In this document: positions 17,489 to 25,472 of the stretch, one piece after another
Layout: each line of letters opens with the position of its first letter
How positions within the stretch are numbered: the first letter of the stretch is position 1
Virus record (IMG/VR): IMGVR_UViG_3300044476_000029
Span: 1 to 38,411 of that record
From: a virus
Taxonomy: Duplodnaviria; Caudoviricetes
Length of the DNA stretch: 38,411 nt
Direction: 5' to 3' (one strand)
Made by a program: the position numbers and the translations under genes
The notes under the pieces: generated by a model
Database searches by the model: none
What the model saw: only the letters and a program-made list of their open reading frames with translations
Told to the model about the DNA's origin: nothing

Positions 17489-18049
17489 ATGGCGCGTTGG
17501 GTAGTAGGAAAAGGCATCAATGACATAGTCAATGGTTCGCTCGATCATAAGGTAGCTTACTCTGTCTGGAAGAATATGCTGATCCGATGCTACGATCACA
17601 AGTACCAGCGCATGAGGCCATCGTACATTGGTTGTAGCGTAACCCTGGAGTGGTTGACATTCTCAGTGTTTCTGGTCTGGTTTAAGGCTAACCACAAGGA
17701 TGGTTTTCAGCTTGACAAGGATTGCTTGATACCAGGAAATAAGCTGTATAGTCCAGATACGTGCGTCTTCGTACCTCCCCGAGTCAACTCGATCCTAACA
17801 GATCGCGCTGGCGCTAGAGGACCCTACCCGTTAGGTGTAAACTGGAACACAGCCGTCCTGAAGTTCGTGGCAAAGGTTACTGCGGGTGATGTTCGCCAGC
17901 ACTTAGGGTGCTTTGACACAGCAGAAGAGGCCCATGCAGCCTATCGAGTTGCTAAGAGGGCTGAAGTGAAGCGCGTAGCCATCGAAGCCTTCCTTAACAA
18001 TGAGATCAAGTCTGATGTCTATCTAGCCCTAGTTCGTAGGGAGTTCTAA
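17489..18049 (+). CDS. HNH-type homing endonuclease with AP2-like DNA-binding domain
   Basis: YSVWKNMLIRCY...CSVTLEWLTFSVF...LDKD...GNKLYSPDTCVFVP..VN, then GV.W...HLGCFDTAEEAHAAY. ATG 17489 follows AGGAG. Confidence 0.8.
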   Translation: MARWVVGKGINDIVNGSLDHKVAYSVWKNMLIRCYDHKYQRMRPSYIGCSVTLEWLTFSVFLVWFKANHKDGFQLDKDCLIPGNKLYSPDTCVFVPPRVNSILTDRAGARGPYPLGVNWNTAVLKFVAKVTAGDVRQHLGCFDTAEEAHAAYRVAKRAEVKRVAIEAFLNNEIKSDVYLALVRREF

Positions 18050-18175
18050 CTTTTTTTTTCGTTTGATGGTGTAAATCATAGGTAGAGGCCAACATTTGTT
18101 GCAACCTCTTCCTATAGGGACTTCCCCTGTACATCACAACCAAAGGGCATAGCCCTACAAACGAAAGATCAAACC

Positions 18176-18688
18176 ATGTCGCTACTCAATACTATCCGCA
18201 CTGCACAGACCTTCGTCGCTCGCAAGCCCCTTGAGCTTGGTGACTACCCCGTTGTCATCACTGAGGCTGCATACGGAGAGGGTCAGACCAAGGGAAAGTA
18301 CCGCATCCTATTTAAGGTGCAGGTCACTGAGGGTGAGTTTGCTGGCTCGCTGGCCAATGTCTACGCTTCCTTCCCCGACAATCAGGAGCAGGTTGCTCGC
18401 GGACTCAAGCCATTCGTCAACAGCTACCTGGCTGCTGGCGGTTCCGAGGCTCGTCTAGAGCAGGACGCTGAGTCTCTTGAGGAGGTCGGTGCTAACCTTG
18501 CCGCAGCCATGACTGTCGGTATCCGCAAGGGCGCTAAGTACCTCGGCACACTGTCCATCCGCGCTAACAGCAAGGACGAGACCAAGCCCTGGAAGAACTT
18601 CGTGTTCCCCGACGCTAGTGAGGCAGTTGCACCTCTCGATATGCCCAAGGCTACTGCCGCCGAGCAGGAAGCGTTCGCCAAGGCATAA
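18176..18688 (+). CDS. DUF669-like putative single-stranded DNA-binding protein
   Basis: PLELGDYPVVITEA...KGKYRILFKVQVTEGEFAG pattern and an acidic tail with a near-terminal Phe. Confidence 0.6.
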   Translation: MSLLNTIRTAQTFVARKPLELGDYPVVITEAAYGEGQTKGKYRILFKVQVTEGEFAGSLANVYASFPDNQEQVARGLKPFVNSYLAAGGSEARLEQDAESLEEVGANLAAAMTVGIRKGAKYLGTLSIRANSKDETKPWKNFVFPDASEAVAPLDMPKATAAEQEAFAKA

Positions 18689-18693
18689 TTAGG

Positions 18694-18722
18694 TTGACAA
18701 ACATCAACGGATAGGTTATATT
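18694..18722 (+). promoter_or_regulatory. Sigma70-type promoter overlapped by an inverted repeat
   Basis: TTGACA (18694-18699), 17 nt, TATATT (18717-18722). Inverted repeat CATCAACG/CGTTGATG spans 18702-18740. Confidence 0.65.
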
Positions 18723-18753
18723 CTAATCTGTTCGTTGATGAAGTTAGGTACCA

Positions 18754-18795
18754 AGCCCGTAGTGTGGAGAGCCCATGCTACGGGTTCTCTGTTTT
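18754..18795 (+). terminator. Probable intrinsic terminator/attenuator
   Basis: Stem AGCCCGTAGTGTGG/CCATGCTACGGGTT followed by CTCTGTTTT. Confidence 0.55.
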
Positions 18796-18810
18796 GTACT
18801 AACTTCTTGT

Positions 18811-19074
18811 ATGACTAATCCGTTTCCTCCCTTTGTTTGTGACCCTGAGTGCGGTGGCCAGTGCTGCCGCAATGTCGGTATGATTGATGAGCTACCCTCA
18901 ACTGATGGCATATGCGACCACCTGCACACGGGCAAGTGCTCAATATACGATACTCGTCCTATGGTGTGTCGGGTAGACGATGCCTTCGCATCAGGTGCTT
19001 TTGGTGACTTGTCTCATGCCGAGTACATGGCTATTAACTATGCACAGTGCAAGAGACTAAAAATAATTAGCTAG
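18811..19074 (+). CDS. YkgJ-family CxxCxxCC Zn/Fe-chelating protein
   Basis: C..CGGQCC...C..L...CSIYDTRPMVCR. Start moved to ATG 18811, which follows aCTAACT-6nt (late-motif variant). Confidence 0.8.
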   Translation: MTNPFPPFVCDPECGGQCCRNVGMIDELPSTDGICDHLHTGKCSIYDTRPMVCRVDDAFASGAFGDLSHAEYMAINYAQCKRLKIIS

Positions 19075-19124
19075 ACGAGGCATAAATAGAGGGTAATAGT
19101 CATAATATGTGACAATCTCTATAC

Positions 19125-19313
19125 ATGAGCATCGAACTAACCAAGGCCCGTATCGCACTAGCGCACGCCACCGAGATTAAGCATCAGATCCGTCTGATGG
19201 TTGATACTGGTATGGCTACTCCGTTGGACTACAGCAATGCAGTGCTTAATTGGATCGATGCCGTGGAAGAGGTAATGACACTTGAGCACCAAGAGCGCGA
19301 TACAAATAGTTGA
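19125..19313 (+). CDS. Hypothetical protein (62 aa)
   Basis: Helical ORF in the operon upstream of the sigma factor. Confidence 0.5.
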   Translation: MSIELTKARIALAHATEIKHQIRLMVDTGMATPLDYSNAVLNWIDAVEEVMTLEHQERDTNS

Positions 19314-19324
19314 AGGAGTATCCC

Positions 19325-19492
19325 ATGAGTAATAGATACGCAGAGCATGACGATAATATGCGTCAGCTAAGCAAGCAGGAGCAGACCAAGTTGATGTGGG
19401 ATTACCACTCTGACGCTGGCTTGCAGTTGATCTACCCCACCTTTGCACTGTTTGTCGAGGCACGCACAGGTGTCCGGATTGGTGGTATCTAA
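19325..19492 (+). CDS. Hypothetical protein (55 aa)
   Basis: ATG 19325 follows AAGGAG. TAATG overlap with the next gene. Confidence 0.55.
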   Translation: MSNRYAEHDDNMRQLSKQEQTKLMWDYHSDAGLQLIYPTFALFVEARTGVRIGGI

Positions 19493-19878
19493 TGCAGCAG
19501 TCTGAAGGAGGAGAGCAGACCGTTACATTGATGGATGTGCTCAACAGCATTAAGCTGGACACATTCGAGGGATGTGCTGGTACGATTGATGGGATCACAT
19601 ATGACATCTCCAAGACAGCATCTAGTGTATGGCTGTCTATTCCGATGCAAGGTACATGGCAGGAGATGGTACACAATAATATCAAGCGCATGGAGTCTCT
19701 GATGGTCCGTGATGGCTTTGATGCTGCTGATGTCAATGTCTCTGTGCCGTATGCTGGAGTAGGGTATTCGCTAGTCGTCAAGATCAGCAAGTACAAGGCA
19801 CCCGAGCAGCCTGCAATCGAGTACGCTGAAACAGATAATCAACCAACACTTTCCTCTACTCGTAAGCGCAGGGGGTAA
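19492..19878 (+). CDS. Hypothetical protein (128 aa)
   Basis: Coupled ORF immediately upstream of the sigma factor. Confidence 0.6.
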   Translation: MQQSEGGEQTVTLMDVLNSIKLDTFEGCAGTIDGITYDISKTASSVWLSIPMQGTWQEMVHNNIKRMESLMVRDGFDAADVNVSVPYAGVGYSLVVKISKYKAPEQPAIEYAETDNQPTLSSTRKRRG

Positions 19879-19881
19879 GTC

Positions 19882-20346
19882 ATGGGCGTCAACAGGCGAG
19901 ATATTGATTTCGATAAGGCTAGTCTGTGTGACGCCTCTAACTTCTTCTTCGACCCCGTCCGTGGTACGGATCTGATGGAGCAGTTTGTATTGACAGGTGT
20001 ACCTTGTGATGAGCTATTAGAGATGGTCCAAAAGCTATATGTCAAGCTGACACGGCATCCGGATTACAAGGGATATACGGACGAGATCAAAGAGGATATG
20101 ATATCCACTGCTTATTATGAGTTCCTCAAGTATGGCCATAACTTCAAGGCCAATAAGGCGAGGAATGGCGCATATACATTTCTCCAATGGAACGCCCGTA
20201 ACTCATTTAATAGGGAGCTTAAAAAGCACTACCGTAATCGAAACCTCAAGGAAGCACTAGCTGAGCCGGAGGTAATAGAGGAATGGCACAGGCTGTACGC
20301 AGACAATCTGCTTGCTGACCGTGATGAGGTTCTGTCTGATAGCTAA
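19882..20346 (+). CDS. T4 gp55-like late sigma factor
   Basis: LTRHPDYKGYTDEIKEDMISTAYYEFLKYGHNFKANKARNGAYTFLQWNARNSFNRELKK aligns by eye with the gp55 sigma2 core as I recall it (LSKRFNFSGYT..WKQEMI.DG......LHNFD..K.KN..AYIT....NAF..RIKKE). Last gene before the late region. Confidence 0.85.
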   Translation: MGVNRRDIDFDKASLCDASNFFFDPVRGTDLMEQFVLTGVPCDELLEMVQKLYVKLTRHPDYKGYTDEIKEDMISTAYYEFLKYGHNFKANKARNGAYTFLQWNARNSFNRELKKHYRNRNLKEALAEPEVIEEWHRLYADNLLADRDEVLSDS

Positions 20347-20371
20347 TTTTAGATAGCGAGGTCACTTGCTA

Positions 20372-20388
20372 TCTAAATGCTATACATG
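20372..20388 (+). promoter_or_regulatory. Putative late promoter (tCTAAAT-7nt-ATG)
   Basis: CTAAAT 20373-20378, ATG 20386. Lies in the 3' arm of hairpin 20348-20377. Confidence 0.75.
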
Positions 20389-20613
20389 GAAAAGAAGACT
20401 AGACTCGGATATCTGGCTGGGTTGCAGAGGGACCTAGCCATCGCAAAGGCAGAGCATCTGCATCCCGCTATTATTGATGAGCTTGAGTCTCGCATCGAGG
20501 CACACAAGCAGTACAAGCGCGACTACCACAAGCGCACATACAAGAGTCGTTGCTGTGACGTACCGCAGGCTGAGACTCTTGCTATCGTCAATGCCGCTGC
20601 TGGGATCATCTAA
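20386..20613 (+). CDS. Hypothetical protein (75 aa), first gene of the packaging operon
   Basis: Start moved to ATG 20386 by promoter spacing. TAATG-coupled to TerS. Confidence 0.6.
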   Translation: MEKKTRLGYLAGLQRDLAIAKAEHLHPAIIDELESRIEAHKQYKRDYHKRTYKSRCCDVPQAETLAIVNAAAGII

Positions 20614-21236
20614 TGCAGATGGTAGACCAGTCTAAGGCTGCGGATACGCTGGCCGAACTACGCGCAAGTATGGAGCAAGCAACTGCTGTGCGTAGGCAAC
20701 AGGCAAACCTTGCCGCATTGAGTCCTATTGGAGTGGCACCTACCACGCCAGCTCCTATCGCTCCCGTGAAGAAGAGCAGGCATCGCAAGGTAGCTAAGGT
20801 AGCACAGGACCTTGTCAAGGATGCTGGTATTGCAGACAAGGCACCTACCGATGTAGCTGTTAAGGGCAAGAGTTCCCGCCCACGTAAGCCACAGACACCG
20901 GAAGAGCTGGCGGCTAAGGCGGAGGCGAAGAAGGATGTCCGTAATACAAGAGGCCAGTTTGCTCCTGGTAATACTGCCAACCCACACGGTCGTACAGGAG
21001 CTGCTGGTACAGGTGGTGTATCGATGCGCTACTACTTCGAGCAGTTCTGGAACCGTCTTAACGACCAAGAGCGAGAGAGTATGTGGCAGGCGCTGTTCCA
21101 GAAGGCAGCGTATGGTGACATTGCCGCAAGTAAGCTCCTGCTTCAGTTCAACCGCGAGCTGGATCAGCCTGTCATGCAGGTTGAGGCTGACCAAGGTGTG
21201 CGTATCAGCTTGACCGTACCACAGCGGGATGAGTAA
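20613..21236 (+). CDS. terS: Terminase small subunit
   Basis: RGQFAPGNTANPHGR (DUF5681-like motif) and helical KAAYGDIAASKLLL. TAATG-coupled to TerL. Confidence 0.7.
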   Translation: MQMVDQSKAADTLAELRASMEQATAVRRQQANLAALSPIGVAPTTPAPIAPVKKSRHRKVAKVAQDLVKDAGIADKAPTDVAVKGKSSRPRKPQTPEELAAKAEAKKDVRNTRGQFAPGNTANPHGRTGAAGTGGVSMRYYFEQFWNRLNDQERESMWQALFQKAAYGDIAASKLLLQFNRELDQPVMQVEADQGVRISLTVPQRDE

Positions 21237-22603
21237 TGCCTGATACTTTTGTATTTGAGCCTAACCAGAGCCAGATGCGCCTTCTTGCATCCAATGCCGA
21301 TGTCTGCCTTTACGGTGGTGCGGCTGGCTCGGGCAAGAGCTTGGTCGCTATCGTTGACCTGCTCGGGCTTAATGAGCCGGGACCACGGGCTCGGTATCAG
21401 ATGCCAGAGTATCGTGGACTGATCTATCGTCAGCGTTCCGGTGACTTGGCTGACCTTATTGATAAGAGCAAGCGCATCTACCAGCTCGTAGATCCGGGCG
21501 CTAACTTCAATAACTCCGACAAGACTTGGACATTCAGCTCGGGCGCTAAGATCTATATGCGCTACTTCGAGCGGTTCGAGCAGGCAGAGACGTTCCTCCA
21601 GGGTCAGGAATTGGCTACTATCTATGCAGAGGAGGTAGGCCAGTTCGAGGATGATAGTATCTTCCGTTATGCTATCTCCCGACTGCGCTCGTCCACAGGC
21701 ATCAAGTGCTATATGCGGGCTACCTGTAACCCGTCACGTTATCCTTGGCTGCGGGAGCTATTCCGTATCGATGACATTGGTACTGATACTTGCTTCAATG
21801 TGGATCTCAAGACACCGGATGGACGTATCTTAACCCGTAAGTTCCAGTTTATCCGAGGCCGACTTACAGATAACAAGTACCTCGGTGACGACTACATGGC
21901 TAACTTGCTATTGCAGTCAGAGGCTGACCAAAAGGCACTGCTTGAGGGCAGGTGGGATGCTTATGACTCTGTTGATGGGCAGGTGTACGAGCATGAGCTT
22001 GCACGCATGGTTAAGGAGCACAGGTTAACACGAGTACCATATGACCCTGGCGTGCCTGTACATACTTTCTGGGATATTGGTATGCAGGATCTGACAGTGA
22101 TCCTGTTCGTCCAGTTTGTCGGTAAAGAGGTGCGCGTCATTGATATGCTCAAGGGTAACAATGTGGGTATCGGTGATGGCTTTGTTCCTAAGATATTGCG
22201 CAGGAAGGAAGACCTAGGCTATATCTATGCAGGTCATCACCTACCGCATGACGCATCCCAGCGTGACAAGTTCGGTGGTGTTAGCTTGGTGGATAATGTG
22301 CGCAAGTACCTTAATGATGTGCATATCCTACCCCGAATCGCACTTGATGCGGGCTTACAGCTCACTAAGCAGATGTTCGTTAACGTTTACATTGACCGTG
22401 AGCTAGACCTTTATAGTGACCTAGTAAGGTACAGACGGCAGTGGATCGAGCGTATGGGCATCTATTCGGATGAGCCTGTGCATGACAAGCACTCGCACGC
22501 TGCTGATGCCTTCCGGTACATTGCATACTACAGACCCAAGAGCAAGGTGGATATCAGTGACATGGACTGCGTTGTGGCTAGTAATCCGTTTACTTTTAGA
22601 TAG
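21236..22603 (+). CDS. terL: Terminase large subunit
   Basis: Walker A YGGAAGSGKS, Walker B IYAEE, motif C ATCNP, nuclease motifs WDIG, LPHD and HAADAFRY. Confidence 0.95.
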   Translation: MPDTFVFEPNQSQMRLLASNADVCLYGGAAGSGKSLVAIVDLLGLNEPGPRARYQMPEYRGLIYRQRSGDLADLIDKSKRIYQLVDPGANFNNSDKTWTFSSGAKIYMRYFERFEQAETFLQGQELATIYAEEVGQFEDDSIFRYAISRLRSSTGIKCYMRATCNPSRYPWLRELFRIDDIGTDTCFNVDLKTPDGRILTRKFQFIRGRLTDNKYLGDDYMANLLLQSEADQKALLEGRWDAYDSVDGQVYEHELARMVKEHRLTRVPYDPGVPVHTFWDIGMQDLTVILFVQFVGKEVRVIDMLKGNNVGIGDGFVPKILRRKEDLGYIYAGHHLPHDASQRDKFGGVSLVDNVRKYLNDVHILPRIALDAGLQLTKQMFVNVYIDRELDLYSDLVRYRRQWIERMGIYSDEPVHDKHSHAADAFRYIAYYRPKSKVDISDMDCVVASNPFTFR

Positions 22604-22622
22604 CAAACGTCTTCAGTTGCTT

Positions 22623-22638
22623 TCTAAATCCTTGCATG
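22623..22638 (+). promoter_or_regulatory. Putative late promoter (tCTAAAT-6nt-ATG)
   Basis: CTAAAT 22624-22629, ATG 22636. Lies in the 3' arm of inverted repeat 22595-22628. Confidence 0.75.
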
Positions 22639-23055
22639 AGCAACACAACTATCGTACTAGATAAGCAGACAATGGAACAGCGTGGTATTCGTCTTGGTCA
22701 TCTCATTGAGATCCGTGAGCTTGGCTTCTACGGATTCGACAATGATATCATCAACGATATGGTTAAGTATGAGATCTTCCCACAGGTGTATAAGGTCAAG
22801 AACAAGCTGTATGTCCAGCGTTCTGTGATCTTTGGCATCGTTGAGACGTTCCTGAAGAATGCCATGACACTGTACAAGGCTGTCGAGGAGACCGAGAAGG
22901 TCAAGGCAGAGCTGGCGGAACGCGCTGTCCCTGTGGATGTGCTGACCGAGGTGATGGATGAGGCCAAGGAGCTTGGTATCGAGGATGTCGAGCAGGTGCA
23001 AGAGCTGCTTGACGCTAAGCTGGCCAATACTACCGAACCCGAAGCTACTAACTAA
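22636..23055 (+). CDS. Hypothetical protein, possibly AlpA/Xis-like HTH plus acidic coiled coil
   Basis: IRLGHLIE...IINDMVKYEIFPQVYKVKNKLYVQRSVI loosely resembles the AlpA/excisionase pattern. Confidence 0.45.
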   Translation: MSNTTIVLDKQTMEQRGIRLGHLIEIRELGFYGFDNDIINDMVKYEIFPQVYKVKNKLYVQRSVIFGIVETFLKNAMTLYKAVEETEKVKAELAERAVPVDVLTEVMDEAKELGIEDVEQVQELLDAKLANTTEPEATN

Positions 23056-23066
23056 ATCCTTGCATG
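23051..23066 (+). promoter_or_regulatory. Putative late promoter of the portal gene (aCTAAAT-6nt-ATG)
   Basis: CTAAAT 23052-23057 contains the upstream stop codon. ATG 23064. Confidence 0.75.
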
Positions 23067-25352
23067 ATTGATCTAATGGGCAAGATGGGCAAGGACGATG
23101 ACGCAGATAGCAAGGGCAAGTCCTCAGATAGCGACTTCCTTGAGCTGGTACATACTCGCTATAAGGATACTCAGGCTGTCTGGGAGCCTATCTTTCGGCG
23201 TTTCCGAGAGGACCTTGCTTTCGAGCAAGGTAATCAATGGGACGAGGGACTGAAGAGTCGCCGGACCAAACAGAACCTGTCTTGCCTTGTCATCAATAAG
23301 ATCAGTGCCAAGGTCAAGTACATCGTCAACAATGCACGATCTGCTATGCCTGCGGTTAAGGTCCATGCTATTCGTGATGGTGCTAGTGAGAACACTGCCA
23401 AGGTATTCGATGGTCTGATTAAGTCTATCGAGTACCAGCACAATGCCAAGCAGGCTCGCGTACTTGCCCACAAGTCCAATGTGATCGGTGGTCTTGGTGC
23501 ATGGCGTATCTTGGTATATGCTGATGACGAGGGTAACAAGGAACTCAAGTACGAGCGTGTGCTTGATCCGACTACTATCCTGATGGACCCTGCTGCCAAG
23601 GCACAGGATTTCGCGGATGCTGAGTTTGCCTTTGTCATCAACTGGGTGCCTAATGATGTATTTGAGGACCAGTATCCGGATGTGGATACCAAAAACTATG
23701 CTCCGGAATACAGTGCTTGGTTCTCCAAGGATGCTGTACAGGTTGTCGAGTATTGGGTTCGTGGTGACGATGGTCTATTTGACCAGTATCTGATATGCGG
23801 TGATGAGATCCTCCATGAAGAGACAGAGTATGCAGGTAAGTATCTGCCTATTATGTATCTGACTGGCGAGGAGTATTGCATTGACGATGTCCGTGATTAC
23901 AAGGGTATCGTCCGTGATGTCAAGGATATGCAGATCCTGCATAACCTTAGCAAGAGCCGTACTGCTGATTACATTGCACGTTCTGCACAGGCGGAATGGC
24001 TTGTCGAGGCTGAGCAGGTAAGTGACTATCTGGAGCAATGGAAGAAGGTTAATACTGGAGGATCTGGTCTCCTGCTTTATAACGGGACTTCGTCTGGAGG
24101 CAAGCCACAGCGTATTGATCCGCTTGCACCTCCTACTGGATTGATGGAGGCAAGCAAGGAGACAGACGAAGATATCCGGATGACTATTGGTATCCGCGAT
24201 CCTTTGGCTGATGTGCCATCGAGCCAGTCGGGTAAGGCTATCCAATTGCAGATTAGCCAAGGTAACATTGGTACGTTCGAGTTTGCCGATAAACTGAATG
24301 AGCTGGTTCGGTATGAGGGCAAGGTACTCGTTGATCTGATTCCCAAGGTCTACGATTATCCGCATATCCGTGAGATCATGGGCCTTGATGGCAATGTGAC
24401 CACTGTGCCGCTTAATCAAGAGTACATTGATAATGGCGAGCAGGTGATGCACGATCTTACTCGTGGCAAGTACCTCGTTACGATTAGCTCTGGTGCAAGC
24501 TACGAGAGCCAGAGGTCAGAGACTGCTGATAAGCTGGTTGAGCTGGTTGGTAAGTACCCTGATATGATGGCAGTGGCCGGTGATCTGATCGTCCGTAACA
24601 TGGACTTTGTGGGTGCTGATGAACTGGCGGATCGCTTGAAGGCTGGTATTGCGCCTAACATCTTGGCTGCTAGCAACAGCACCAATGCTGATAAGAGCGA
24701 GCAGGCTGTCATGCAATTGCAGGCTCAGTTGGCACAGGCAGCACAGCAGGCTCAAGAGATGCAGGCGCAGTTTGCACAGCTCCAGCAGGAACATGGTGCT
24801 CTGCAACAGCAAGTGCAGACCAAGCAGGCTGAGATCGGTGCAAAGGCACAGGCTGATACGCAGGTTGCACATGTTAAGGTACAGGCTGAGACACAGACAA
24901 TGCAGACCAAGTACGAGCTTGAGCTACAGCTCCAGCGTGAGAAGGCACAGTTTGAGCGTGAGATGGCGCTGCTCAAGATGCAACATGAGCAGAGGCTCAA
25001 GGAGATGGAGCTTGGTCACGATGCTAGCAAGACCACATTTGTGGCCGATCATCAGGCTCAATTGCAGACTGCACTCAAGCAAGCGGATGGCGAGCAGAAG
25101 CTAGAGCAGATCCAATTCAAGGCTGACGCAGATCAGATGATGCTGGATATCAAGGCTGGTATCGAGGCTGATGCAGATACTGTGGATCACAGGCAGAACC
25201 TGCAAATGCTGGCTCTGAACCATGACCACGAGATCGATAAGCTATCGGTGCAGGCTGATAGCAATGCAATGATGGCACAGCTCAATGCCGCTCTTGCCCC
25301 TAAGCCCGTGGTCGAGAAGAAGCCAAGGGCCAAGAAGCCTAAGCCTGAGTAA
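23064..25352 (+). CDS. Portal protein, P22 gp1-like, with long C-terminal helical barrel
   Basis: F..GNQW...LVINKI...GLGAWRI...DFADAEFAF...GIVRDVKDMQ...SGKAIQ...GKYLVTISSGASYESQRSE, followed by a Q/A-rich coiled-coil tail. Confidence 0.92.
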   Translation: MIDLMGKMGKDDDADSKGKSSDSDFLELVHTRYKDTQAVWEPIFRRFREDLAFEQGNQWDEGLKSRRTKQNLSCLVINKISAKVKYIVNNARSAMPAVKVHAIRDGASENTAKVFDGLIKSIEYQHNAKQARVLAHKSNVIGGLGAWRILVYADDEGNKELKYERVLDPTTILMDPAAKAQDFADAEFAFVINWVPNDVFEDQYPDVDTKNYAPEYSAWFSKDAVQVVEYWVRGDDGLFDQYLICGDEILHEETEYAGKYLPIMYLTGEEYCIDDVRDYKGIVRDVKDMQILHNLSKSRTADYIARSAQAEWLVEAEQVSDYLEQWKKVNTGGSGLLLYNGTSSGGKPQRIDPLAPPTGLMEASKETDEDIRMTIGIRDPLADVPSSQSGKAIQLQISQGNIGTFEFADKLNELVRYEGKVLVDLIPKVYDYPHIREIMGLDGNVTTVPLNQEYIDNGEQVMHDLTRGKYLVTISSGASYESQRSETADKLVELVGKYPDMMAVAGDLIVRNMDFVGADELADRLKAGIAPNILAASNSTNADKSEQAVMQLQAQLAQAAQQAQEMQAQFAQLQQEHGALQQQVQTKQAEIGAKAQADTQVAHVKVQAETQTMQTKYELELQLQREKAQFEREMALLKMQHEQRLKEMELGHDASKTTFVADHQAQLQTALKQADGEQKLEQIQFKADADQMMLDIKAGIEADADTVDHRQNLQMLALNHDHEIDKLSVQADSNAMMAQLNAALAPKPVVEKKPRAKKPKPE

Positions 25353-25387
25353 TCATGTAGCGTTATTTTAGACTGAGTGTTATTGGT

Positions 25388-25421
25388 GGCCGCTAGTATG
25401 AAAGTATTAGCGGCCTTTCTT
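25388..25421 (+). terminator. Intrinsic terminator after the portal gene
   Basis: GGCCGCTAGTAT-GAAA-GTATTAGCGGCC followed by TTTCTT. Confidence 0.8.
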
Positions 25422-25455
25422 ATGTCTATAATTGGATAGCACGGTTTACATGGTT

Positions 25456-25472
25456 ACTAAATGTGTTATATG
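25456..25472 (+). promoter_or_regulatory. Putative late promoter of the scaffold gene (aCTAAAT-7nt-ATG)
   Basis: CTAAAT 25457-25462, ATG 25470. ATGGTTACTAAAT is identical to 7166-7178. Confidence 0.75.
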
